A stretch of DNA of 64,000 nt from Myxococcota bacterium (lineage in GTDB: Bacteria; Myxococcota_A; Polyangia; HGW-17). The stretch is taken from the NCBI GenBank assembly GCA_036802685.1, contig DAIRVS010000004.1, positions 2,651 to 66,650 on the forward strand, in the 5' to 3' direction. The notes beneath the pieces are model-generated. The model was not told the DNA's origin. It ran no database searches and worked only from the letters and a program-made list of their open reading frames with translations. Both the position numbers and the translations under genes were made by a program. Below are positions 22,050 through 30,303 of the stretch, piece by piece. The stretch's first letter is position 1, and every line of letters begins with the position of its first letter.

Positions 22050-23261
22050 ATGGAGAACCTGAAGAACAGCGCGCGCGTGTTGAACTACATCAAGGGCATC
22101 CTGAACTACAAGGAGACCCCGGGCTACGTGCTGCTGAACCCCGGTCCCGTGCTGACCACCCCGCGGGTGAAGGCCGCCCTCGTGCACCACGACACCTGCC
22201 ACCGCGACGCCGACTTCGCCGTGATGGTTCGCTCGCTGCGCGCCAAACTGAAGAAGGTGTTCCGCGGCGACGAGCGCCACGAGGTCGTGCTGATCACGGG
22301 CTCGGGCACCTCGGGCATCGAGGCGACCATCTCCTCCACCATCCCCGAGGACAAGAAGATCCTGGTGCTGATCAACGGCGCCTTCGGCGAGCGCTACCGC
22401 GAGGTGGCCCAGGTGCACCGGCTGAACCTCGAGGTGCTGGACTTCGGCTGGTGCAACCCCATGGACGTGGCCGCCGTCGAGGCGAAGCTGGCCGCCGACC
22501 CCGAGATCTGCGCGGTGATGATGGCCCACCACGAGACCTCCGTGGGCCTGATCAACCCCATCGGCGAGATCGGCGCGCTGTGCCGCCGCCACGACCGCCT
22601 GCTGCTGGTCGACGCGGTGTCTTCCCTGGGCGCCGAGGACCTCGACGTGGTGCGCGACAACATCGACATCTGCCTGAGCTCGGCGAACAAGGCCATGCAG
22701 GCCATCGCCGGCGTCGCCTTCGTGTGCGTCAACGACCGCGCCTGGAAGGTCATCGACAAGGTCCGCCCCCGCGTGTACTACCTGGACCTCAAGCGCTACC
22801 GCAAGTACGCCATCGAGGAGGAGCTCACCCCGTTCACCCCCGCGGTCAACGGCTTCTTCGCCCTGGACGCGGCCGTGGACGAGCTGCTCGAGGACGGCGT
22901 CGAGAGCCGCTGGGAGCTCTACCGGGCCCGCAACACCTTCCTGCGCGAGGCCTTCGCCGGCATGGGCCTGAAGCTCCTCGACGTGAAGGGCCAACGCTCC
23001 TCGTCCCTCACCATCGTCGAGGTGCCCGAGTACATCTCCTTCGCCGAGCTCTACGAGCGCATGAAGGGCTACGGGTTCATCATCTACGGGTGCAAGGGCG
23101 TCCTCTCGGACCGCTACTTCCAGATCGCCAACATGGGCGACCTCAACGACGAGATGCTCCAGAGCTTCGTCAACACGCTGCAGTTCGTGCTCTTCCGCGC
23201 CCGCCGCGAGGCCGGCCAGGTCATGGCCGGCGACCTCGACGCCGTCGCCGTTGACGCCTAG
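22050..23261 (+). CDS. class V aminotransferase (serine-pyruvate / 2-aminoethylphosphonate-pyruvate transaminase-like)
   Basis: PLP class-V fold motifs (ITGSGTSGIEA, SSANKAMQAIAGVAF with the Lys); start taken at MENLKN with an AAGGA SD (the ORF begins at 22023). Confidence 0.8.
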   Translation: MENLKNSARVLNYIKGILNYKETPGYVLLNPGPVLTTPRVKAALVHHDTCHRDADFAVMVRSLRAKLKKVFRGDERHEVVLITGSGTSGIEATISSTIPEDKKILVLINGAFGERYREVAQVHRLNLEVLDFGWCNPMDVAAVEAKLAADPEICAVMMAHHETSVGLINPIGEIGALCRRHDRLLLVDAVSSLGAEDLDVVRDNIDICLSSANKAMQAIAGVAFVCVNDRAWKVIDKVRPRVYYLDLKRYRKYAIEEELTPFTPAVNGFFALDAAVDELLEDGVESRWELYRARNTFLREAFAGMGLKLLDVKGQRSSSLTIVEVPEYISFAELYERMKGYGFIIYGCKGVLSDRYFQIANMGDLNDEMLQSFVNTLQFVLFRARREAGQVMAGDLDAVAVDA

Positions 23262-23309
23262 CAGCCCGCACAGCTTGACGCCCACGCCTGATTCGCCTAC
23301 CGTGGCCCC

Positions 23310-23825
23310 ATGGGCCCCCGCCTTCTCCTATCGCGCCTGATCTTCACGGGAATGCTCGCCGTGGCGCTCGCCGCCGCCTGTCCGGCCGGCGCCCAGGTGC
23401 GCCCCGGGCCGGTCACCATCAAGGCGGCCAAACTGCGGGTGCCCTTCCCCCGGAACTGGCTGTCGGCCGAGCCCAACGCCTACCTGCCCCAGAGCGTGCA
23501 CTGGTACCACCCGGCCGGCGCCCGCATCGTGATCACGGCGACCCCGAAGAAACCGGCCGACACGCTGGCCACCTGGACCGAGGCCGTGAAGAAGATCGCC
23601 GCCGCCCGCAAGCTCACCCTCGACGCGCCCAAGCCGACGAAGGTCGCGGGCGCCGACGCCGTGCGCCTCACCGCCCGCACGCGCACCCACCAGGTCGAGT
23701 TCCTGTTCTTCTTCCTGAACGACCAGTTCGTGCTGGTGAACTTCACCTGCGAGGCGAAGACGCCCGGGACCTGCGTGGTCGCCCCCGATTACGAGCGCAT
23801 GGTGTCCGGCCTCGAGCCGCTGTGA
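23310..23825 (+). CDS. hypothetical exported protein
   Basis: Signal-peptide-like N-terminus LIFTGMLAVALAAACPAGAQ; no recognised domain. Confidence 0.5.
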   Translation: MGPRLLLSRLIFTGMLAVALAAACPAGAQVRPGPVTIKAAKLRVPFPRNWLSAEPNAYLPQSVHWYHPAGARIVITATPKKPADTLATWTEAVKKIAAARKLTLDAPKPTKVAGADAVRLTARTRTHQVEFLFFFLNDQFVLVNFTCEAKTPGTCVVAPDYERMVSGLEPL

Positions 23826-23846
23826 CAACTTCCCAGGAGTTTGCTC

Positions 23847-24965
23847 ATGAAACGAATGATGACGCTCACCGGGGCCCTCGTCGCGCTGACCGCGCTGACC
23901 GCTTGCGACGACGGCGGCGGTGGCGGCTGGTACTATGACGTCGACTACATCGAGATCACCGACGACCTGCCCGCGCCCGGGAACCCCGCCGGCGCCTGCG
24001 GCGTCCCCGAGGAGGCCCTGCCCGCGGACACCGCCACGCCCACCCGGGTCATCGGCGACGGCACCCCCGCCTCCTGCACCTCCGCGGCCGTGGTGGAGGC
24101 GGTCGCCCAGGGCGGGATCATCACCTTCGACTGCGGCCCCGACCCGGTGACCATCGTCCTCGAACAGACCGCGAAGATCCGCAACGACACGGGCCCCGAG
24201 ATCGTGCTCGACGGCGGCGGGCTGGTGACCCTCTCCGGCGGAGACCGGCGGCGCATTCTTTACATGAACACCTGCGATCCGGACCAGGTCTGGACCACCC
24301 CCCACTGCAACGATCAGGACCACCCGCGGCTCACGGTGCAGAACCTGACCTTTATCGACGGCAACGCCGAGAACGAACCCGCCGAGACCGCCGGGGGCGG
24401 CGCCATCTTCGTGCGCGGCGGCCGCTTCCGCGTGATCAACAGCCGCTTCTTCGGCAACTCCGCGTCCCCCACCGGCCCCGACGTGGGCGGCGGCGCCATC
24501 CGCGTGTTCGACCAGTTCGAGGACCGGCCCGTGTACGTGGTGCACAGCACGTTCGGCGGCCGCGAGGACCTGGCCAACGTCGCCTCCAACGGCGGCGCGG
24601 TGTCCTCCATCGGCGTGAACTGGACCATCCTCAACAGCGTGCTCTCGTACAACCGGGCCATCGGGAACGGCGGGAACCCGGCCGAGGCGGGCACCCCCGG
24701 CGGCGGCTCCGGCGGCGCGATCTACAACGACGGGAACACCCTCACGCTCACGCTGTGCGGCGTGGCCATCGAGCACAACGAGGTCAACGCCTACGGCGCG
24801 GCCATCTTCTTCGTGAGCAACAACCACGACGGCACGATCCACATCGACGACTCGGTGATTCGGAACAACGTCAACCACTCGAACCACCCCTGGCAGATCC
24901 TCCCGGGCATCTCCGGCCACGACGACACGGTGCTGGACGTCGACGACGACTCGATCATCGAGTGA
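23847..24965 (+). CDS. lipoprotein with a right-handed parallel beta-helix (pectate-lyase-like) fold
   Basis: Lipobox LTAC; repeated GG/N-rich beta-helix rungs (GGGAIFVRGG, GGGAIRVF, NGGAVSSIG, GGSGGAIYNDGN); CCAGGAG SD upstream of the ATG at 23847. Confidence 0.6.
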   Translation: MKRMMTLTGALVALTALTACDDGGGGGWYYDVDYIEITDDLPAPGNPAGACGVPEEALPADTATPTRVIGDGTPASCTSAAVVEAVAQGGIITFDCGPDPVTIVLEQTAKIRNDTGPEIVLDGGGLVTLSGGDRRRILYMNTCDPDQVWTTPHCNDQDHPRLTVQNLTFIDGNAENEPAETAGGGAIFVRGGRFRVINSRFFGNSASPTGPDVGGGAIRVFDQFEDRPVYVVHSTFGGREDLANVASNGGAVSSIGVNWTILNSVLSYNRAIGNGGNPAEAGTPGGGSGGAIYNDGNTLTLTLCGVAIEHNEVNAYGAAIFFVSNNHDGTIHIDDSVIRNNVNHSNHPWQILPGISGHDDTVLDVDDDSIIE

Positions 24966-24988
24966 GCGCGTCCGGCGAGCTCACGGCT

Positions 24989-25047
24989 CCCCCCGTAGCC
25001 TGGCGACCGAGGACGGTCGCTTGGCTACAGGGGGCTAGTTTCTTTGG
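24989..25047 (+). terminator. intrinsic terminator: long GC-rich hairpin (CCCCCGTAGCCTGGCGACC...GGTCGCTTGGCTACAGGGGG) followed by a T-rich tract
   Basis: Inverted repeat read directly from the sequence in the convergent gap between the 23847-24965 and 25065-26102 genes; followed by CTAGTTTCTTTGG. Confidence 0.6.
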
Positions 25048-25064
25048 AAAGACATCCACCGAAC

Positions 25065-26102
25065 TTAAAAATCCAATAGTTCTGAAACCAATCGCCGTTG
25101 TTCGATGACACGCAGGCAGTAGGCGTTCTCGCCGAAGGCGCCGGTGTTGGCCGCGGCCATGGCCGTGCAGCCCCCGCGGCAGGTCTCGGCGAAGGCGCAG
25201 GCATCACACGCGCCGGTGAGGTGGCGGCGCTTGTTCCGGAAGCGCTCGAAGCGCGCGTCGTCGTTCCAGAGCTCGGCGAGCGGCGTCTCGCGCAGGTTGC
25301 CCACGATGAACTCGTCCCCCAGCGACAGGCACGGGAGCACCGCGCCGTCCGAGCGGATCCCGATGACCGCGATCCCGGCCATGCAGCCGGGGAAGCGCGC
25401 GTGGTAGGTCGCAAGGTGCCCGGAGAGCGGGTGGTAGCCGAAGTCGTCCATCGGGCACAGCCACAGGTCCGGGTCGTGCTCGAGGTGCCAGGTGACCTTC
25501 TCGCAGAAGGTGGCGAACTCGTCCACCGAGAGCGACCAGTCGCCGGTGAAGCGATCGCCGCCGGGGTTGGCGATCTGCACCTGCCAGGTGATCCCCGAGG
25601 CGCGGAAACGGTCGGCCAGCGCGTCGAACTCGTGGAAGTTCAACCGGCAGAACGTGGTGATGGCGTTGACCCGGGGGTGTCCGGTGGCCACCAGATCGCG
25701 CAACAGCCCCATCACCCGGTCGTGGCCGTCGACGCGGCGCATGGCCCGCACGGTCTCGGGGGTGGCGCCGTCCAGGGACACCCCGATGATCCACGGGTCG
25801 AGCGCGACGAGGGTGTGAAGGACCTGCGGCGTGACCAGGAGGCCGTGGGTGATCAGCACCGGCCGCAGCCCGTGGTCCTTCACCGCCCGGGCCACGGTCT
25901 CCCACCCCGGGAACAGCAGCACCTCGCCGCCGATGAGGGTCAACTCCTCGCACCCGAGCGCGGCCAGCTCGCCCACGAGGCGCACCCAGTCGTCGGTGCC
26001 GTACTCCCCGGCCCGCGGTGGCCCCGAGTTCGACGAGCAGTGCACGCACCGCAGGTTGCAGCGGTTGGTGAGCTCACAGACGGCGTATCTGATCGGGTTC
26101 AT
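25065..26102 (-). CDS. radical SAM/SPASM-domain enzyme, second maturase-like gene of the pair
   Basis: CNLRCVHC (CxxxCxxC) rSAM cluster near the N-terminus; C-terminal SPASM Cys pattern (CLSLGD...GACDACAFAETCRGGC); start overlaps the upstream stop (ATGA). Confidence 0.85.
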   Translation of the reverse strand: MNPIRYAVCELTNRCNLRCVHCSSNSGPPRAGEYGTDDWVRLVGELAALGCEELTLIGGEVLLFPGWETVARAVKDHGLRPVLITHGLLVTPQVLHTLVALDPWIIGVSLDGATPETVRAMRRVDGHDRVMGLLRDLVATGHPRVNAITTFCRLNFHEFDALADRFRASGITWQVQIANPGGDRFTGDWSLSVDEFATFCEKVTWHLEHDPDLWLCPMDDFGYHPLSGHLATYHARFPGCMAGIAVIGIRSDGAVLPCLSLGDEFIVGNLRETPLAELWNDDARFERFRNKRRHLTGACDACAFAETCRGGCTAMAAANTGAFGENAYCLRVIEQRRLVSELLDF

Positions 26103-27253
26103 GTGGGATCTAGCAGGGCGGCGGTGATCGCCCGGGTCTCCAGGCGGTGGTGGCAATACTCGTTCTCGAAACGGTCGCGGCAGACGGTGAGCAGGATGTC
26201 CGGGCAGCCGCCGTGGCAGACGCCGGCGTGGGGGCACGAGGCGCAGGCGCCGCGCAGGTTCTTCGCGTGGCACCAGGCCAGGTTGTCCCGGCAGCGCTCC
26301 TCGTCGAGGATGCGCGAGAGGCCGCCGGGGTCGCGGACGTTGCCCACCACGTTCTCGGGGAGCGCCAGCGCCGAGCAGGGGGTCACGTCGCCGTTGGCGC
26401 GCACGAACAGGTTCAAAATCCCGCCGGTGCAGCGCTTTTGCCAGGTGCGATGCAGAAGCGAGAGCGGGTGGCGGTTCGAGGGTGTCACCAGGTCGTCCAT
26501 GGGCACGATCCGATGCGGGTGGGCGGCGAAGATCGCGGCGACCCGCTCGCCCAGCGCGTGGTACTCCTCGGGGGAGAGCAGGATCCCGCGCGGGGTGCGG
26601 CCCTTGCCCGAGACCATCTGCACCTGCAGGCCGAAGCCCCGGGCGCGGGCGAAGTCCCAGAGCCCTTCGAGCTGGTCCAGGTTGAGCCGGGAGAAGGCGG
26701 CGATCAGGCTCACCTGCAGGCCGGCGGCGGTGAGCGCGTCGAGGCCGGCGAGGGTCTTCGCGTGGCTGCCCGGGCCGCGGACGGCGTCATGCACGGCCGG
26801 GTCCACGCCGTCGAGGCTCACGGTGACGAGCAGGATCCCGGCCTCGCGCCAGGCGCGGGCGATCGCGGGCGTGACGAGCGTGCCGTTGGTCACGAGGCGC
26901 ACCGGGAAGCCGGCCTCCCGGCCCGCGGCGATCACGTCCATCAGGTCCGGGCGGCAGCAGACCTCGCCGCCGGTGAGGGAGAGCTCGAGCATGCCGGCCG
27001 CGCGGGCGTCGCGCAGCACGTCCCGGATCTCCGCGAGCGTGAGCTCGTCGGGGCAGGCCCGGGGCGCGTCCACGTAGCAGTGGGGGCAGGCGAGGTTGCA
27101 GGCCCAGGTGATCTCGAGCTCGAGGATGTAGGGGTGGCGGTAGGTGAACTCGCGGGGCGTCTTGTCAGCCGGGTCACCGGACTTGAAGTACCGGAACGTG
27201 TCGCCGTCGCGGCGCACCCGGATGCCGTCGTGGGCCGAAGGACGCTCGGTCAT
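26099..27253 (-). CDS. radical SAM/SPASM-domain enzyme, first maturase-like gene of the pair
   Basis: CNLACPHC rSAM motif; SPASM/twitch cysteines (CTGGILNLF...PCSALAL...CASCPHAGVCHGGC); TGATG overlap with the upstream repeat-protein gene. Confidence 0.85.
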   Translation of the reverse strand: MTERPSAHDGIRVRRDGDTFRYFKSGDPADKTPREFTYRHPYILELEITWACNLACPHCYVDAPRACPDELTLAEIRDVLRDARAAGMLELSLTGGEVCCRPDLMDVIAAGREAGFPVRLVTNGTLVTPAIARAWREAGILLVTVSLDGVDPAVHDAVRGPGSHAKTLAGLDALTAAGLQVSLIAAFSRLNLDQLEGLWDFARARGFGLQVQMVSGKGRTPRGILLSPEEYHALGERVAAIFAAHPHRIVPMDDLVTPSNRHPLSLLHRTWQKRCTGGILNLFVRANGDVTPCSALALPENVVGNVRDPGGLSRILDEERCRDNLAWCHAKNLRGACASCPHAGVCHGGCPDILLTVCRDRFENEYCHHRLETRAITAALLDPT

Positions 27254-27975
27254 CAGAGATCGGTGCTGCGCACGCCGCCGCCGTAGCGGGGCATGGCGCC
27301 GTACTTGAGCGCGGGGGGCCGCATGGGCGTGGGTTTCATCTCCGGGGCCATCTCGCCTTCCTCCTCCTCCGCGTCGGGAGAGGGGGCGGGGGGCCGGACG
27401 CCGGCGCTGTAGCGGTGCTTGGAGTAGACCTCGTCGTCCATGGGGGCCGGGGGCGGGTCGTCGGTCTTCATCTCCGGCTCGGGTTCGACGTCGACGGGGG
27501 GCCGGACGCCGGCGCTGTAGCGGTGCTTGGAGTACACCTCGTCGTCCATGGGCACGACGCCGGTCGGCGTGGCGTCCTTGGTGGCCGGCTCGGTGGTCGT
27601 CGGGGTCGTGGGCACGGGGGCGTCGGGCTTGACGGCCGTGGTGCCCTCCTGCTTGCCGTTGGAGCAGGCGGCGCCCGAGAGGGCGACGGTGGCGGCCACG
27701 GCGACGGCGGTGCCCGAGAAGCGCTGCGCCAAGGTCCACAGGCGCACGAGTCGCGGCGAGGTCTCGGTCTCCATGCGGTCCCGGAAGGCGGCGTACACCC
27801 CCGAGAAGGTGCGGCGGTCCCCGGCCATGAGCGCGCACAGGCCGTGCTGCAGTTGGGCCTCGGCGTTGGCGGGCTCGAGGTCGGCGGCGCGGCCGAACCA
27901 CTCCCGGGCCTCGGCGAGGCGGCCGGCGGCCAGCGCGGCGCGGCCCTGTTCGATGCAATGGGTGGCTTCGTTCAT
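27253..27975 (-). CDS. TPR-like N-terminus, single TM/anchor, and Pro-rich C-terminal region with tandem repeats (2x PMDDEVYSKHRYSAGVRPP plus a degenerate third) - candidate substrate of the adjacent rSAM enzymes
   Basis: GAGGAGG SD; protein repeats are mirrored by a 108-nt-period DNA repeat (27393-27553) with a single mismatch; C-terminal ...PALKYGAMPRYGGGVRSTDL. Confidence 0.6.
   Translation of the reverse strand: MNEATHCIEQGRAALAAGRLAEAREWFGRAADLEPANAEAQLQHGLCALMAGDRRTFSGVYAAFRDRMETETSPRLVRLWTLAQRFSGTAVAVAATVALSGAACSNGKQEGTTAVKPDAPVPTTPTTTEPATKDATPTGVVPMDDEVYSKHRYSAGVRPPVDVEPEPEMKTDDPPPAPMDDEVYSKHRYSAGVRPPAPSPDAEEEEGEMAPEMKPTPMRPPALKYGAMPRYGGGVRSTDL
27393..27553. repeat. intragenic direct repeat: two ~57-nt near-identical copies 108 nt apart, encoding the PMDDEVYSKHRYSAGVRPP units
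   Basis: gccggacgccggcgctgtagcggtgcttggagta[g/c]acctcgtcgtccatggg occurs at ~27393 and ~27501. Confidence 0.85.
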
Positions 27976-27994
27976 GGGAACCTCCTCGCGATGG

Positions 27995-28507
27995 TCACAA
28001 CTTGTCCATCACGCGCTCGCAAAGGTCGGTGACGCGCGGATCCTGATACTTCATGGGCAGCGTCTGGCAGCGGATGCGCAGCACCCGGGGCATGTACGGC
28101 TTGCGACCGTCGGCCAGGGACTCGAGGATGCGCGTGAGCAGCCGCAGCACGGTGGGCAGGTGGCTGATCTCCAGGGCGCGCTCGCAGAACTCCATGTCCG
28201 AGGGGACCTTCTCGTGTTCGTCGAGGATGCGGCGGGCCTCCTTGAGGAACTCGGAGGGCTCCTCGAGGCGCAGGCACTTCTTCACCTGGGCGGCGACGCT
28301 GCCGTCCGACGGGCTCTCGATCTTCTTCTCGCCCTCGGCCTTGCGGATCATGTCGCCCAGCTTGGACGAGTTGAACAACTTCTCGACGTCGGACTTGCTC
28401 ACGCGCATGCCGCTGCCGCGCGGGGCGGGCTTCTCGTCCTTCTTCCCGCGGCCCGAGGAGCGGTCGCGCTTGGCGTCGATCTCCTTCCAGGTGGGTTTGT
28501 CGGCCAT
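27995..28507 (-). CDS. hypothetical protein (Lys/Glu-rich N-terminus)
   Basis: 170-aa ORF tightly spaced in the operon (2 nt after the upstream stop); no recognised motif. Confidence 0.55.
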   Translation of the reverse strand: MADKPTWKEIDAKRDRSSGRGKKDEKPAPRGSGMRVSKSDVEKLFNSSKLGDMIRKAEGEKKIESPSDGSVAAQVKKCLRLEEPSEFLKEARRILDEHEKVPSDMEFCERALEISHLPTVLRLLTRILESLADGRKPYMPRVLRIRCQTLPMKYQDPRVTDLCERVMDKL

Positions 28508-28509
28508 CG

Positions 28510-29073
28510 TCAGCCCTCGGCGCTCTGCGGCGCCCCGTGCAGCACGAGCACCGCCTGGTAGACCTCCTGGTTCAGCGCCACGGCGACGTCCTCGGGGACC
28601 TCGAAGCGGCGCGCCATCTCCCGGGCGAACTCGGGGTGCAGGAAGTTCTGGTTGAGCACGAAGTGGAAGACCGCGCGGCGGTACAGGTACTGCCGCACGC
28701 CGGCGCGCAGCTCGTCCACGCGGGCGGCGGGCAGCACGCCCGAGGTGAGCTTCTCGAGCAGGGTCTTCTCGTCGTCCGAGAACTCCTCGTCGGCGTACGC
28801 GGTCATGAACAGGAAGGCCGTGAAGCAGTCGCGGGCGGCGTCGGTGGAGAGCGCCTGCAGGTCGCCGTCCGACAGGGGGCGGTACTCGGCCAGGAGCGCG
28901 GAGAAGTTCTCGCCGGGGAAGAACTCGCCGACGACCTGCTGCAGGTACTCCCGCTCCCGGGGGTCCATCTCGCCGTCGGCCTGGGCGACCTGCACGAGCC
29001 CGCGGAAGATGGTCGTCTTGTCGGCGGGGGTCAGCGTGGTGTCACGCAGGATGGGTTCCAGTTCCAAAGCCAT
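28510..29073 (-). CDS. TerB-like (tellurite-resistance TerB / DjlA N-terminal-like) domain protein
   Basis: Paired helical acidic motifs (ADKTTIFRGLVQVAQADGEMDPREREYL..., DDEKTLLEKL) typical of the TerB fold. Confidence 0.5.
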   Translation of the reverse strand: MALELEPILRDTTLTPADKTTIFRGLVQVAQADGEMDPREREYLQQVVGEFFPGENFSALLAEYRPLSDGDLQALSTDAARDCFTAFLFMTAYADEEFSDDEKTLLEKLTSGVLPAARVDELRAGVRQYLYRRAVFHFVLNQNFLHPEFAREMARRFEVPEDVAVALNQEVYQAVLVLHGAPQSAEG

Positions 29074-29076
29074 GAT

Positions 29077-29406
29077 TCACCTCTTTTCCTCGATTTTCTT
29101 CAGGTACTCCTGGAGGAGCTTCAACTCCTTCATGCCCACGGAGTTGAACTTGATCCCCATCTCGTTCTCGGGAGCGGGCTTGAACCAGGCGACCTCGCCC
29201 TTGAGCTCGATGGCGGCGTCCAGGTCCGGGAAGGTGATCACCAGGTCCACCTGCGCGCCCACCGGCTCGGGCTCGGAGGTGGCCAGACGCAGGCCGCCCA
29301 GACTCAGATCGTAGATGCGGTGGTTGAGCAGGAACTCGCGGCCCGTGTAGTCGACGAAGGCTTCCAACTCGAATCGTTTGTGACGGCGCTTGTCCTTGGA
29401 GGTCAT
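29077..29406 (-). CDS. PilZ-domain protein (c-di-GMP-binding motifs present)
   Basis: RRHKR (RxxxR) and DLSLGG (DxSxGG) PilZ signature motifs; start taken at MTSKDK (the ORF extends to 29493). Confidence 0.7.
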   Translation of the reverse strand: MTSKDKRRHKRFELEAFVDYTGREFLLNHRIYDLSLGGLRLATSEPEPVGAQVDLVITFPDLDAAIELKGEVAWFKPAPENEMGIKFNSVGMKELKLLQEYLKKIEEKR

Positions 29407-29464
29407 CAGGTGGCGGCCCTTTCCCGAAGGTTCGGTGACTGCACGGGGTGCAAAACCGTCCACC

Positions 29465-29493
29465 AGCGTAAAAGAGCGGTGCGGTCCCGTCAA
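29465..29493 (-). promoter_or_regulatory. possible promoter of the PilZ-to-rSAM operon: -35 TTGACG, 17-nt spacer, -10 TACGCT
   Basis: Minus-strand TTGACGggaccgcaccgctctttTACGCT about 55 nt upstream of the PilZ ATG. Confidence 0.3.
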
Positions 29494-29538
29494 GTTGAAA
29501 AATGCGCGCGCGTGGGAGCGTGAAGGGGCGTTCGTCGA

Positions 29539-30303
29539 TTATTTGCCGGCGGCGGGCTTGTCCTCGCCGGCCTGGAGCACCTGGACCCCCTTGGGCGGCG
29601 TGAAGACGAACTTCTTGTCGTCGATGGGCTTGTTCATGGTGATCTCGGAGAAGGTGATCTGGTTCTTGTTGCCCTCGTGGTCGTAGACCAGGCTGGACAC
29701 GACGGCGCCCGCGGCGTCCACCACGAACATGACGATCTTGAAGTGCGGCGAGCGCTTCTTGGGCAGCAGTTTCAGGGCCTTCTGACCGGGGCCGGCGAAC
29801 TTGGAGTTGGGCACGATCTTGACGTGGAACTCGTCGGTGAGCTTGCCCTGGCCCCACAGGAACTTCACCGGCGTGGGCAGCGCGGAGTCCTTCACGTCGC
29901 GCCACAGCGCCTGCTTGCTGCTGGGCTCGTACATCCAGGCCTTCTTGCCGTCGATGAGGAACATCTTCTTGTCCGGCGCCAGGTAGTCCCACAGCATGAA
30001 GCCCGGCTTCTTGATGTAGATCACGCCGCTCTCGGCGGGCTGGTCCCCGTGGAACTTTTTGGAGAAGACCTGCTTGAACTTCGCCTGAAACGTGTTGATT
30101 TTGTTGTAATAATTCTGAGTCACCGCGATGGCGGCCAGGGCGTCGGGGAGGTTGTAGGTCTTCAGATCCTCCTCGGGCTCGGCGGGCTTGGCCGGCGTGG
30201 GCGCCGGGGGCGTCGTCGGCTTGGCGGCCGGCGGGGTGACCGGCTTGGGCGGAACCTGCGCCAGGGGGGCGAACAACAGGACGAGCGAGATCAGGGTGTG
30301 CAT
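29539..30303 (-). CDS. LolA-like outer-membrane lipoprotein carrier
   Basis: Signal peptide, Pro-rich linker, then a LolA-fold-like region (KINTFQAKFKQ...YIKKPGFMLWDY...GKKAWMYEP). Confidence 0.6.
   Translation of the reverse strand: MHTLISLVLLFAPLAQVPPKPVTPPAAKPTTPPAPTPAKPAEPEEDLKTYNLPDALAAIAVTQNYYNKINTFQAKFKQVFSKKFHGDQPAESGVIYIKKPGFMLWDYLAPDKKMFLIDGKKAWMYEPSSKQALWRDVKDSALPTPVKFLWGQGKLTDEFHVKIVPNSKFAGPGQKALKLLPKKRSPHFKIVMFVVDAAGAVVSSLVYDHEGNKNQITFSEITMNKPIDDKKFVFTPPKGVQVLQAGEDKPAAGK

Noticed and set aside
27253-27975. Assignment of the repeat protein to the His-Xaa-Ser (HxsA), sulfatase (C/S-x-P/A-x-R) or mycofactocin (C-terminal GVY) substrate families
   Set aside because: The repeats contain H-R-Y-S (H-x-x-S), and S-A-G-V-R has Gly rather than Pro/Ala at the critical position. 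There is no C-terminal VY. The match to known rSAM substrate motifs is therefore not supported.
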